Assembly (NCBI GenBank): GCA_033764315.1
Contig: JANRJA010000095.1
Span: 1-26,941, forward strand
DNA from: Oculatellaceae cyanobacterium bins.114
GTDB taxonomy: Bacteria > Cyanobacteriota > Cyanobacteriia > Elainellales > Elainellaceae
Reading direction: 5' to 3'
Length of the DNA: 26,941 bases
In this document: positions 9,921 to 19,052 of the stretch, in pieces
How the letters are laid out: each line of letters opens with the position of its first letter
How positions within the stretch are numbered: position 1 is the first letter of the stretch
Translations under genes and position numbers: made by a program
Notes under the pieces: model-generated
What the model was told of the DNA's origin: nothing
Seen by the model: the letters and a program-made list of their open reading frames with translations, nothing else
Databases searched by the model: none

Positions 9921-11125
9921 CTCAGCTTGGCAAAGTTTGCCGGGTCTTGATCGCGCCGATGCTTAATTGGAATCGCAGGCCCCTGTCTATCTCCGGCTAG
10001 AGTCGCTGTTTTCTCTAATGCTTCTCGCAGATGCTTAGCTGCATAAATAGACATGTCACGGGGTACATTGATGCGATCGCGCAGATATCGCAATGCGAGG
10101 TCAGAGCCATCAGGTGGGGTACAAACTTCACCCGTCATCATCAACGTTAGAGCACATCGCAACGCTTCATCAAAGACATGGTGATCGGCTGGGTTAACTT
10201 GAATGATATTGTCTCGATGCTTGATCACGCGCTGGAGGGCTTCTTGGCGTGCGGTTTCTGGCTCTGGATAAGTCACATCAGGTAACCCAAACCAGGGGCC
10301 GTTATCTACTCGATGCTTATTTAACAGCATTTGCGGTTCGCCATTTTCCCAACAGCCACCCATTTGAGGAGGCAAGTCATGAGCATGGGTGTGAAAGTCA
10401 CTTTGAGTACCCCGATAGGTGGGTCGGCTTTCCATTGCCTCAAACCAAGCTTTAAAACGAGGGTTGTCTTCTCGCAACGAGTAGCCTTTGTAGTAATACA
10501 GGCTAGCATTCATGCGTTCGACATAGGGAGTAAAGATCACATCAGCAGTGCCGAACTCTTCTAGAAAATAAGGACCGGGGGTATTGGCTAGAGCTTGCTC
10601 AACCTTATCTACCACTTCTGTAAATTGCTCCCGGCTGCGTCGCTCTTGCTGAGGAGATGTAATTGGGTAACAAAGCCAGGTGCACCAGGCTCTAAAGAGA
10701 AGCCGCTCCAATCGTCGCAAGGGAAGCACCATTGAGTCTTCCATCCCTCGTCCCAAGGGACCAAAGGCTCTTTCTAAAGCCAACAAAATGTCATCACTTT
10801 CAGTGATTAGACGTCCGTCCAATTCAATAGCGGGTAACATGCCAGATGGCACTTTGCGTTTGTACCAAATTTCTTTGTCCCCGTAGCAAAACATGGTTAC
10901 TTTTTCAATGCGGTAGGGAATTTGTTTTTCCTCAAGCCACAGCCAAACCTTTTGACAATAGGGGCACCAGGCATGGTTATCGCGGTAGAGAATTACCCGT
11001 ATATCGGATTCACTGTGACCAAATAAACGCAACCGGGCTTGAGCATTGGTAGGGCCATTAACGGTATCCATTTGAAAGTCCGTTAGACCTTCTAAGTCTG
11101 TCCAACTGAGAGGAGCAATGGTCAT
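9917..11125 (-). CDS. Glutathione S-transferase family protein (Cys-type, CPYC)
   Basis: [29 protein letters not shown] and TESDDI (GST-N), plus PGPYFL...TADVIF (GST-C). Start moved to ATG 11125. Overlaps the convergent gene by 4 bp at the stop codons. Confidence 0.92.
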   Translation of the reverse strand: MTIAPLSWTDLEGLTDFQMDTVNGPTNAQARLRLFGHSESDIRVILYRDNHAWCPYCQKVWLWLEEKQIPYRIEKVTMFCYGDKEIWYKRKVPSGMLPAIELDGRLITESDDILLALERAFGPLGRGMEDSMVLPLRRLERLLFRAWCTWLCYPITSPQQERRSREQFTEVVDKVEQALANTPGPYFLEEFGTADVIFTPYVERMNASLYYYKGYSLREDNPRFKAWFEAMESRPTYRGTQSDFHTHAHDLPPQMGGCWENGEPQMLLNKHRVDNGPWFGLPDVTYPEPETARQEALQRVIKHRDNIIQVNPADHHVFDEALRCALTLMMTGEVCTPPDGSDLALRYLRDRINVPRDMSIYAAKHLREALEKTATLAGDRQGPAIPIKHRRDQDPANFAKLS

Positions 11126-11172
11126 GCGGGCGAGTGTCCTAAATGAATTCAACGTGATTTGATAACAACAAC

Positions 11173-11194
11173 TATTGTAAAGGTATTGTAAAGG
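11173..11194 (-). promoter_or_regulatory. 11-bp direct repeat giving tandem TACAAT -10-like boxes upstream of the GST gene
   Basis: TATTGTAAAGG x2 on the + strand; each copy reads TACAAT on the - strand, about 50-65 nt upstream of the GST ATG. Confidence 0.45.
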
Positions 11195-11412
11195 GCATCT
11201 TGTAGAGGGTGCGTTTCAAACCGGATTGATTGCGCTTTCCCTACGGTGCCTCTCAATTTTCTTCCGATACTCTCAGATTGCACAGTCAATACTCAGGAAC
11301 TTTTCAGATATCGTTCAAGGCGGTTTCAGCTTGACAACGCACTATAAGAAGCAAGACAGGCGAAGGATGAATTTCATACTTCACTGCCAACATGCTTTCA
11401 AGGAGAACAGAT

Positions 11413-11871
11413 ATGAAAAACTTAGTGCTTGCTGGATTAACCGCTTTAGTTTTAGGAGCGACCCTTGCTCCAATTGCCTCAGTCTCAATTGCCGCCAAGC
11501 CCCCTTCTGGTGATGCTAATCCTTCAGATTTGGGCAACCGCACCGTTGATGTTTCTCAGATCATTGCCGCCAAGCCACCCTCTGGTGATGCTAATCCTTC
11601 AGATTTGGGCAACCGCACCGTTGATGTTTCTCAAATCATTGCCGCCAAGCCACCTTCTGGTGATGCTAACCCTTCAGACTTGGGCAACCGCACCGTTGAT
11701 GTTTCTCAGATCATTGCCGCCAAACCCCCTTCTGGTGATGCTAATCCTTCAGACTTGGGCAACCGCACAGTGGATGTTTCTCAGATCATTGCTGCCAAGC
11801 CCCCTTCTGGCGATGCTAATCCTTCAGATTTAGGCAACCGCACAGTGGATGTTTCTCAGATCATTGGTTGA
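11413..11871 (+). CDS. Secreted tandem-repeat polyprotein (signal peptide plus 5 identical 25-aa units)
   Basis: RBS AAGGAG at 11400..11405; MKNLVLAGLTALVLGATLAPIASVSI-(AAKPPSGDANPSDLGNRTVDVSQII)x5-G*. All differences between repeats are synonymous in this frame. Confidence 0.93.
   Translation: MKNLVLAGLTALVLGATLAPIASVSIAAKPPSGDANPSDLGNRTVDVSQIIAAKPPSGDANPSDLGNRTVDVSQIIAAKPPSGDANPSDLGNRTVDVSQIIAAKPPSGDANPSDLGNRTVDVSQIIAAKPPSGDANPSDLGNRTVDVSQIIG
11491..11865 (+). repeat. Coding tandem repeat, 75 bp x5
   Basis: Units start at 11491, 11566, 11641, 11716 and 11791, with no spacers. Confidence 0.99.
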
Positions 11872-12075
11872 TCAATACATCAATTTTAATGAAAGACCAA
11901 TTGAGTGGGTGAACACGCTACTTAAAAACCTCTCCTAGCCTCTTTGAGCCAAGAATGATTGGATTCTAAAGGATCGCTTCAAAACCCTTATCTTTTTCCC
12001 CTTGCTCAGGACGAGTGAGGGGAAAATTGTTGATGCCCCTTTATGTTTGATCGAGTTTATGGGTAGTCCTAAACA

Positions 12076-12114
12076 AGTAAGGATATGCCGTGCGTCGTGC
12101 GGCATATCCTTACT
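12076..12114. repeat. Perfect 15-bp inverted repeat (REP-like hairpin or terminator)
   Basis: AGTAAGGATATGCCG (12076..12090) and CGGCATATCCTTACT (12100..12114) with a 9-nt centre. Confidence 0.8.
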
Positions 12115-12240
12115 CAAAAATCATTACTTTTAGAGGACTGCCAGTTTATGTAACTCTGTGCTTGATAGAATGCAACCATCCTCTTGTTACTGTAGCTGCT
12201 CTGTTCAGAGGCTCTCATCTTTCACTAATCAGGGAAACTC

Positions 12241-12918
12241 ATGTATAAAATTCCTAAACTAACCCCCAATCTTGTTTTAATAGCTTGTCTAGTTGTCTGT
12301 TTGTGGATTATCAGCATCCAACGCACTAACGCTCAGATTCCCTCTCTTGGCCGTCAAAACCCTATTTCAGATGTTACCAATAAGTTGAATCAAACGATTG
12401 ATAGCTTCAATGGCACAATTAACGAATATCGGCAAAAGATTGACGAATATGAAACTAAAATTGATGCCTATGATCAGCGGGTAACCTCAACCATTGATAG
12501 CCTTGAAGGAAGAGTACAAACTGAAATTGATAACATTTCAGGACGAGTTGAGGATGAAATTACAGGTATCCGTAGTGAGATTGACTCTTCCTTGGAAACC
12601 ATTGAAGGACGAATTGTTAGAACAATTAGCTCGTTGGGATGGGGCTTGTTGATTGGGGATAGTTTTGTGTCTGCCATCTTTTCAGGGTTGGCAACTTGGT
12701 GGGTGACTCGTCGCCTCAGACGCACGATTAGAACGCAGTTAGATGAGTTGAATGCAACCTTTAAAGAAGGGGTGAATACGGCGATGACACGGGGTGAGGA
12801 AGCGGCTCAAACTGTCACTGATGGCATCAGCCAGAGTAGTGTGTTTACTACGATTCAGGGGTTGCAAGCTGAAAACCAAGAAATTCTCCGACTGTTGCGA
12901 GAACTGAAAAACTCTTAA
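12241..12918 (+). CDS. Hypothetical membrane-anchored coiled-coil (apolipoprotein-like) protein
   Basis: Signal-like N-terminus ending RTNA|QIP, about 100 aa amphipathic helix with 7- and 11-residue periodicity, a hydrophobic segment LGWGLLIGDSFVSAIFSGLATWWVT followed by RRLRR, and a helical tail. Confidence 0.8.
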   Translation: MYKIPKLTPNLVLIACLVVCLWIISIQRTNAQIPSLGRQNPISDVTNKLNQTIDSFNGTINEYRQKIDEYETKIDAYDQRVTSTIDSLEGRVQTEIDNISGRVEDEITGIRSEIDSSLETIEGRIVRTISSLGWGLLIGDSFVSAIFSGLATWWVTRRLRRTIRTQLDELNATFKEGVNTAMTRGEEAAQTVTDGISQSSVFTTIQGLQAENQEILRLLRELKNS

Positions 12919-13034
12919 GGGTTGATAACGTCTTGAAGTGAGTTTGACATCTCGCAAGATTTCGCAAGATTTTTGGGGCGAGTCGAGATCTGTATAAACA
13001 ATAGCCTCTTGTGGGAGAAGAGACTTGGGTTCTC

Positions 13035-13526
13035 TTACTTGGTTCGATAACAGATGGCGAGGGTAAATGTAACTGTCGCTGCGATCGCCGCTACTGTCCG
13101 AATGTGGTTCCAAAAAGTCCAGTTGGTGAGGTAGGTGCTCCAGAGGCTCACCCCCTCTGGGCTATTGGGGTTGGCGATCGCTAATGCATCGTTGAGAGGT
13201 ACATTAAAGGCGATCGTGACCAAGAATGTGCCAACCAGGTAAAGCAAACTGCCGACCAGCAAGTAAACAGCACTGGGTTGATGCCACTTGAATAGAGAGG
13301 CGATCGCCAGTACGAGACACACTAAAGCTGTTCCCATAAATGCGGTCATAAACAATGGATTGATGACCGTGATATTGATCGATTGCATCGCGGCAATGCC
13401 TTGAGCCGGGGGTTGCTGGGCAAGGGCTTGCATGACAAAGGTTGAAAAGGCAAAGAAAACTCCTGCGACTAACCCACAACCCAGTATTGCTGATAGTTTC
13501 AATGCAAAAAGTGAGAGATTCATCAT
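13035..13526 (-). CDS. Anthrone oxygenase family membrane protein (DUF1772)
   Basis: GLVAGVFFAFSTFVMQAL, AMQSINITVINPLF, NVPLNDAL and WTFWNHIRT; four hydrophobic helices. Confidence 0.9.
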   Translation of the reverse strand: MMNLSLFALKLSAILGCGLVAGVFFAFSTFVMQALAQQPPAQGIAAMQSINITVINPLFMTAFMGTALVCLVLAIASLFKWHQPSAVYLLVGSLLYLVGTFLVTIAFNVPLNDALAIANPNSPEGVSLWSTYLTNWTFWNHIRTVAAIAATVTFTLAICYRTK

Positions 13527-13553
13527 CTTTACAAACCCTTAGGGGCGATCGCA

Positions 13554-14186
13554 TTAGGCGGCTACAAGTTGAGCAATTTTGGCACGTGCATTAGCAATCG
13601 ATTGTGCTAACCCTGCGCTGTCTACCTGGTCTTTTTCAACGTGAATAAAGGTGATATCGGTAACACCGATAAATCCAAATACGGTTTCTATGTAGGGATC
13701 TTGATGGTTCATCTTACCAAATCGTTCACCGGGGCCAAACCCTGTATCTCCTCGTGCTGTAATGACAATCATTTTCTTACCAAAAACAAGGGGTTTGTAA
13801 GGGTTTTCGACATCCTCTGGGTCATAGCTCGCAGTTCGATCAATTCGCACAATTTGGTCAATATACGCTTTGAAGGCACTGGGAACGCTGAAATTGTACA
13901 TGGGAAGTCCAATGACATAGAGATCTGCAGCTAAGAATTCATCGACCAACTGATCACTGATACGAATGGCTTCCCACATCTCTGGGGTGCGTTGTTCATC
14001 AGGGGTAAAAGCGGCTGCAACCCACATTTCATTTACATGGGGAACGGGATGCCGACCAACATCTCGATAGGTCACGGTGTCGCTTGGATGGAGTTTTTGC
14101 CAAGCCTCAACAAACTCTCGTGTCATGCGGCGAGACTGCGATCGCTCTCCTCTAGGACTTGAATCAATGTGTAATAGGTGTGCCAT
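13554..14186 (-). CDS. azoR: FMN-dependent NADH-azoreductase
   Basis: LLHIDSSPRGERSQSR, PMYNFSVPSAFKAYIDQIVR, ITARG and FGFIGVTDITFIH; RBS GGAGG. Confidence 0.92.
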   Translation of the reverse strand: MAHLLHIDSSPRGERSQSRRMTREFVEAWQKLHPSDTVTYRDVGRHPVPHVNEMWVAAAFTPDEQRTPEMWEAIRISDQLVDEFLAADLYVIGLPMYNFSVPSAFKAYIDQIVRIDRTASYDPEDVENPYKPLVFGKKMIVITARGDTGFGPGERFGKMNHQDPYIETVFGFIGVTDITFIHVEKDQVDSAGLAQSIANARAKIAQLVAA

Positions 14187-14238
14187 AATTCCTCCGGCTC
14201 AGTTACCCTTTCAGCTTATGAAAGTGCCTCATCTCTAG

Positions 14239-14294
14239 CTATCTGATTTTTGTGGCACTATCAAAATCTTGCGGTCAGTTTCAGAAGGTTTAGC
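14239..14294 (-). promoter_or_regulatory. Candidate AraC-family operator (imperfect direct repeats) in the divergent azoR/araC promoter
   Basis: CTATCTGATTTTTG (14239) and CTATCAAAATCTTG (14258) match at 10 of 14 positions, 19 bp apart; a weaker third unit starts near 14279. Confidence 0.4.
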
Positions 14295-14347
14295 AGAAGT
14301 CCATCAAAGGTGAATACAATCAGAATTAGACGAGTTGGGTTCACATC

Positions 14348-15220
14348 ATGAAGACTCCCATGACTCCTCAACCTAAAATAGATTGCTTACCCCTTTTGTC
14401 TAGTCAGGCTCAAGATTGGGGTGACATTTTAGTTGAGCAGTTTCAACATTCGGCAGGGGATGGCAGTTGTCATTACAGAGATGAACACGCCATTTGTCTA
14501 TCGCTTGCATCGCGCCCCGTACGCCTGCTGCAAGTCAAGGGAGGAAAAACCTATGTAGGGTTGTATGGCAAAGGCGATGTTTCTATCACGCCTGCTAAGA
14601 CACCGTTTTTTGCCCGTTGGGAAAGTGATGATCACTATTTACAGATTCGCATTACGTCTCGTTTTATCCAACGAGTTGCTAGAGAAGCGTTGGCGATGAA
14701 TTTGGATCACCTGGAATTACTCCCCGAATTTAAGACCCGTGATCCACAAATTGAGGCGATCGGGATGTTGTTGTTAGCTGAACTCAAACAGGGAAATTTA
14801 GGCGGCAAACTCTACATTGATTCGCTGGCAAACGTTTTGGCGGTGCATTTGCTGCGGCAATACACCGTAACTCAACCTCAACTGACGGTGTATGAAGGAG
14901 GTATCCCAACACGTCAATTGGAGCAAGTTCTAGAATTTATCAACAACTGTCTAGATCAGGACATCAAACTGGCCGACTTAGCCGCATTGCTAGATATGAG
15001 TCAGTTTCATTTTAGTCATCTATTTAAGCAATCTATTGGAATTGCTCCCTATCAATATTTGCTGCAACAACGCATCGAACGGGCAAAACAGTTATTAAAA
15101 CAAACTGACCAGTCAATTTCAGAGATTGCTTTTTCTTGCGGATTTAACAGTCACAGCCATTTGAGCAAACAGTTTCGGCAACTGACGGGCATGACTCCCA
15201 GAGCTTACAGATTACATTAG
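14348..15220 (+). CDS. AraC-family transcriptional regulator
   Basis: C-terminal double HTH LADLAALLDMSQFHFSHLFKQSIG...RIERAKQLL...ISEIAFSCGFNSHSHLSKQFRQLTGMTPRAYR; divergent from azoR. Confidence 0.97.
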   Translation: MKTPMTPQPKIDCLPLLSSQAQDWGDILVEQFQHSAGDGSCHYRDEHAICLSLASRPVRLLQVKGGKTYVGLYGKGDVSITPAKTPFFARWESDDHYLQIRITSRFIQRVAREALAMNLDHLELLPEFKTRDPQIEAIGMLLLAELKQGNLGGKLYIDSLANVLAVHLLRQYTVTQPQLTVYEGGIPTRQLEQVLEFINNCLDQDIKLADLAALLDMSQFHFSHLFKQSIGIAPYQYLLQQRIERAKQLLKQTDQSISEIAFSCGFNSHSHLSKQFRQLTGMTPRAYRLH

Positions 15221-15306
15221 AGATTATTAGAGAGATCTAGTTTGTGTAGTGGGTCTAGTCGAAGATAAGACGTAAGTAGGTGAGTGAAATTAAATATAAG
15301 ATGGAT

Positions 15307-15366
15307 GTAGGTTGGGCTGAAACATGAAACCCAACGCCTGCATGGGTTATGCGATCGCCAACCCAT
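15307..15366. repeat. GTAG-led REP-like double hairpin
   Basis: GTAG-GTTGGG...CCCAAC (15311..15335), followed by ATGGGTT...AACCCAT (15342..15366) with HIP1 in the loop; lies between convergent genes. Confidence 0.6.
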
Positions 15367-15451
15367 AATGGTGTCTTCCTGCTGAGTGCAGGCATTGTAC
15401 CTACGAGAGAGACGTTCGCACTACGACTATCTAATACCAATTTGTGTCAAC

Positions 15452-16129
15452 CTACTTTTGCGTTAACCTGCCATCTTCCATGTGAACGATGCGATCGGCG
15501 ACGTCTAAAATGCGGTTATCGTGGGTGACAAGCAAGACCGTACAACCTTCTTCTTTTGCGAGTCGCCGCATGATTTCAACGACATCTCGACCCGATTTGC
15601 TATCTAATGCTGAGGTGGGTTCATCGGCTAACAACAGCTTGGGATGGCTCACCAGTGCACGAGCGATCGCCACTCGTTGTTTTTGTCCACCAGAGAGCTT
15701 GTTGGGGTAATAGTCGATGTGATCGGCTAACCCCACTGCCGCTAACATAGTGCTGGAGCGATCGCGATAGTCTAATCTGGAAATGTGTTGATGTAGTTTG
15801 AGAGAGGTGCTGACGTTTTCCCACGCTGCCAAACATTCCAGTAAGTTATGAGATTGAAAAATAAAACCAATTTGGCTACGAGTCTGAATGAGAGTCTTTT
15901 TTTTAGCACCTCGCAGTTCACGACCCAAAATTTTGAGGCTGCCTTCCTGTGCCGATCGCAATGCGCCGATAAGCGTCAATAGGGTCGTTTTACCTCCGCC
16001 GGATGGCCCCTCTAAGATCACAACCTCACCCGGATAGAGATTTAGATTGACGTCGGTTAACACTACTTTTTGCAGTGCTCCCTGACCAAAGGTGTGAGTC
16101 AGATGATGAACAGCAACAACAGGTTCCAT
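15452..16129 (-). CDS. devA: DevA-family ABC exporter ATP-binding subunit
   Basis: Walker A GPSGGGKTT, LSGGQKQRVAIARAL, LLLADEPT and VTHDNRILDVADRI. Family-level call; orthology to heterocyst devA is not claimed. Confidence 0.9.
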   Translation of the reverse strand: MEPVVAVHHLTHTFGQGALQKVVLTDVNLNLYPGEVVILEGPSGGGKTTLLTLIGALRSAQEGSLKILGRELRGAKKKTLIQTRSQIGFIFQSHNLLECLAAWENVSTSLKLHQHISRLDYRDRSSTMLAAVGLADHIDYYPNKLSGGQKQRVAIARALVSHPKLLLADEPTSALDSKSGRDVVEIMRRLAKEEGCTVLLVTHDNRILDVADRIVHMEDGRLTQK

Positions 16130-16146
16130 AATAGATTTTATAGTGA

Positions 16147-17379
16147 CTAAAACACATCAGCAGGATCGGCAGATCGAAGCTTATTCATGGCGATCGCTCC
16201 TGAAATAATACACATCACCAGAGTTAGCATAAAAACTTGTAATGCAATTTCTGGACGCATAGTGAGAGGAATTCGAGTCAGGGTTGTGAGTAGACTATAC
16301 ATTCCTAACGATGTAAAGTAACCAGGAATAAAACCTAACACTGCCAGAATAACGGCTTCTTGTAAAACAACCGACAAGAGACTGACATCTGAGTAACCCA
16401 TTGCTTTGAGTGTGGCGTATTCAGGTAAGTGATCACTGACATCGGTATAAAGCACTTGATAAACAATGACTACGCCGACAATGAACCCGATCGCTGCTCC
16501 AAAATTGAGGATTTTCCCTTCTGGAAACGTCGCCCGAAAGTTTTGTTCAGCGGCGAGTAATTCTTCTCGCGTCATCACCCGCACAGCTTCAGGGAGATTG
16601 GCTTGCAACCGTTTTTGCACTGTAGCAATATCCTGTCCCGGTTCTACTGTTAAAACCCCAACAGTCACTTGATTTAAACTGGCCTGTCCATTTAACAAAG
16701 CATAATTCCAATCGCTCATGACGACATGACCCTTATCAAAAAAAGTGCTGCCTAAGCTAAACAGACCCACTACATAGGCTCGCCGATTTTGCATCACGGT
16801 TGTTACCCCACCTTGTTGCTCAAACAACGCAGGCACGGGGCCCAACTGGGATTGAGAGAGGCGATCAAACAGCACCCCTCCTGGGACATTTAACTGCTTG
16901 AGTTGTTGATTGATTTCAGGAGTATTAAAGACAGGTTGAACCGGGTTAAACGCCAAAATCTTAACCGTATTAGGGAAAAAGTCAATCGCTTGAGTTTCTG
17001 GTTTCGGCAGGTTGTGATTGGCTGCGCTACGAGCAAAATCTTCTGGATTAACCCACGGGGCAGACCCAATATAGAGCGGGCTAGCCGTTGCTACTCCAGC
17101 GATCGCATCGGCTTGATAAAGATAGATTTTGGGAAACGAGCCAAAGTCAATCGTGGGGGCATAGGCAGACACCAAAAACAAATCACCATTCAAGTTTTGT
17201 GGAACGAGAGTAATACCGTCAAACAACAGTGCTCTCAATCCGAGTTGCGTAAAGATCAAAATATTAGAGAAAGCAACTCCCGTCATAGCTACTGCCAATC
17301 TCATTTTTTGGTGAGATAATTGTGCCCAAGCGAGTGGTTTATGAGCACGATAGTAGTCGTTTAGAGATTTAAGAAACAT
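16147..17379 (-). CDS. devC: DevC-family ABC exporter permease (FtsX/MacB-like)
   Basis: PLAWAQL...RLAVAMTGVAF, IVYQVLYTDVSDHLPEYATLKAMGY and KLRSADPADVF. Start moved to ATG 17379 because the upstream extension translates a low-complexity tract. Confidence 0.9.
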   Translation of the reverse strand: MFLKSLNDYYRAHKPLAWAQLSHQKMRLAVAMTGVAFSNILIFTQLGLRALLFDGITLVPQNLNGDLFLVSAYAPTIDFGSFPKIYLYQADAIAGVATASPLYIGSAPWVNPEDFARSAANHNLPKPETQAIDFFPNTVKILAFNPVQPVFNTPEINQQLKQLNVPGGVLFDRLSQSQLGPVPALFEQQGGVTTVMQNRRAYVVGLFSLGSTFFDKGHVVMSDWNYALLNGQASLNQVTVGVLTVEPGQDIATVQKRLQANLPEAVRVMTREELLAAEQNFRATFPEGKILNFGAAIGFIVGVVIVYQVLYTDVSDHLPEYATLKAMGYSDVSLLSVVLQEAVILAVLGFIPGYFTSLGMYSLLTTLTRIPLTMRPEIALQVFMLTLVMCIISGAIAMNKLRSADPADVF

Positions 17380-17438
17380 AGAAAAAGAAAGAAGAAAGAA
17401 GAAGAAATAAAAAGAAGCAAGGATTAAAAAGCAGAAGC
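17380..17438. repeat. Purine-rich low-complexity, heptamer-like tract (AGAAAGA-type)
   Basis: AGAAAAAGAAAGAAGAAAGAAGAAGAAATAAAAAGAAG..., directly upstream of the devC start. Confidence 0.6.
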
Positions 17439-17545
17439 CTGTGTCGAGTGCTGTTCGCGTCAGCATAATGCACTACCTAGGCACTATTCAGGTAGTATTC
17501 AGGTAAAGCAGATTCCACCCTGAATGGTTTTGTCCTTCATCCTTT

Positions 17546-18736
17546 CTAATTCCCTAACTGAATTGTGACGCGGACTTGCATATTGGTCAGGTTGGCTACT
17601 TTGTTATTGTCTTGAGGATTGATGCGAATTTTGACTTCGACAACACGAGTATTTTCGTCAGTAGTGGGGTCTGAAGAATTGCTAGAGAGTTTTCGTGCCC
17701 CTACTTGCAGACCAATGTGATCGACAGTGCCGTGCACTTCTCCTGCAAAACCACCATACTCGCTGACCAATGTGACGGGTTGTCCCCGTTGCACTTTAGT
17801 GATTTCAGTTTCATAAACCTCGGCGATCGCAAACATTTCATCGGTGCGCCCTAACTCCACAATGCCTTCTTGCGTGTTGACCTGCTCGCCCACACGAGTG
17901 TTGATGCGTAGAATCTGTCCTGCCACAGGCACTCGCACTTGCGTGTCTTCTAAATCGGCGCGTCGTTGCTCTACGGCGATGCGGGCACGCTCTAACTCAG
18001 CTCGTGCCACCCGAATGTCTACGGGACGCACCTCTCTCAGTTGGGCTAAAGTCTCTCGTTCTTGAGTGATTTGCTGACGTAATGTTTGCACAGTGTTATC
18101 CAATTGGGCTTGGCGTTGAGTCATATTAGCTTGTGCGGTTTCATAGTCTTCTTGAGCTTGATCTAATGCAACTAAATTGGTTGCCCCTTCTGAGTAGAGG
18201 GTTTGATTTCGCTCATAGTTGCGCTGTGCCTGCCGCAACTCAGCCTCAGCACTGGCGATCGCTCCCTGACGTTCTAGCGTTTCCGTTCGCAATTGTGCTT
18301 CTAACCGCCCAATATTGGCTTCCTGAGCAGCCAGTTCTGCTTCTTTGGCATCCCCGGCTTGTGCCTTCTCTAACAGAGCTTGATAATAGTCCACATTTTT
18401 CTGAGCTTCTTCTAAATCTCGTTGGCGGCGATCGCTACCCTGCAACACCGCAATTACCTGTCCGGCTTCAACCCAGTCTCCCTCCTGAACAAGAATTTGG
18501 TTGACCCGGCTATCTTGAGCATTGGGAACTGACAGTTTAATCACTTCTCCATTCGGGGTCAGACGTCCTAACGCCACAATGGTCGGCGTTTGTTGCGTCT
18601 CGCTAGGAGTTGCACTGGAAGTCACCTCAGCTTGAGACAATCCAGAACAGGCTGCAACCCCACTCAACAGGGTTAACACAGCAATCAGATAAATGGGGCT
18701 GTGCCTATAAAGAAAAGGAAGTTGCGATCGCACCAT
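17546..18736 (-). CDS. devB: DevB-family membrane fusion (HlyD-like) adaptor, probable lipoprotein
   Basis: Lipobox-like GVAAC, VALGRLTPNGEVIKLS, long coiled coil, AIAEVYETEI and RVVEVKIRI...LTNMQV. Confidence 0.9.
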   Translation of the reverse strand: MVRSQLPFLYRHSPIYLIAVLTLLSGVAACSGLSQAEVTSSATPSETQQTPTIVALGRLTPNGEVIKLSVPNAQDSRVNQILVQEGDWVEAGQVIAVLQGSDRRQRDLEEAQKNVDYYQALLEKAQAGDAKEAELAAQEANIGRLEAQLRTETLERQGAIASAEAELRQAQRNYERNQTLYSEGATNLVALDQAQEDYETAQANMTQRQAQLDNTVQTLRQQITQERETLAQLREVRPVDIRVARAELERARIAVEQRRADLEDTQVRVPVAGQILRINTRVGEQVNTQEGIVELGRTDEMFAIAEVYETEITKVQRGQPVTLVSEYGGFAGEVHGTVDHIGLQVGARKLSSNSSDPTTDENTRVVEVKIRINPQDNNKVANLTNMQVRVTIQLGN

Positions 18737-19052
18737 ATTAAGTTAAAAAGAATGGGAGTATTTTTAGATAACCAAACCAATACGAGTAGCAACTTTTTTC
18801 AATTCAAGCTCTGTAGAATAGAGTTGAGACAGATGCAAGAGTTGAACTAACTCACTTAATAGAGGGTGTAAAGCCCTTCTGCTCAATACAGTGATGGATT
18901 TTTAATGAGGTAACTTCCTCCATTCGGGCAAACCAATCGGGCAGTTCATTCAATCAACTCGCTGTCTTCCTTGAGAGCTATCGTCTGGATACAAGTCTTT
19001 TGCCCAACGGTGATACGTTTCTGTGACTCATCTACCCCCAACACCAACCCTT

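Noticed and set aside
11226-11833. Alternative-frame ORFs over the repeat gene (11226..11513, 11304..11543, 11465..11833)
   Set aside because: Repeat variation is non-synonymous in the 11465 frame and synonymous in the 11413 frame; the others have no supporting features.
11491-11865. 75-bp repeats as a CRISPR array
   Set aside because: No unique spacers, variation is strictly synonymous within an ORF with RBS and signal peptide, and there are no cas genes in the window.
11413-11871. Microviridin/graspetide precursor (KPPSGD and NPSD recall KYPSD), or substrate of the PGM1-like ligase
   Set aside because: No TxKxPSD core or PFFARFL leader and no adjacent ATP-grasp genes. The ligase is 8.5 kb away beyond housekeeping genes and is cytoplasmic, while this protein has an export signal. 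Not excluded, but unsupported.
12952-12973. TCGCAAGATT x2, sharing CGCAAGATTTT with the putative AraC site (inverted) as possible cassette boundaries
   Set aside because: An 11-bp match with no other sign of mobility is compatible with chance.
15452-18736. devBCA as evidence of heterocyst glycolipid export
   Set aside because: DevBCA paralogues are common in non-heterocystous cyanobacteria, and no hgl or het genes are nearby.
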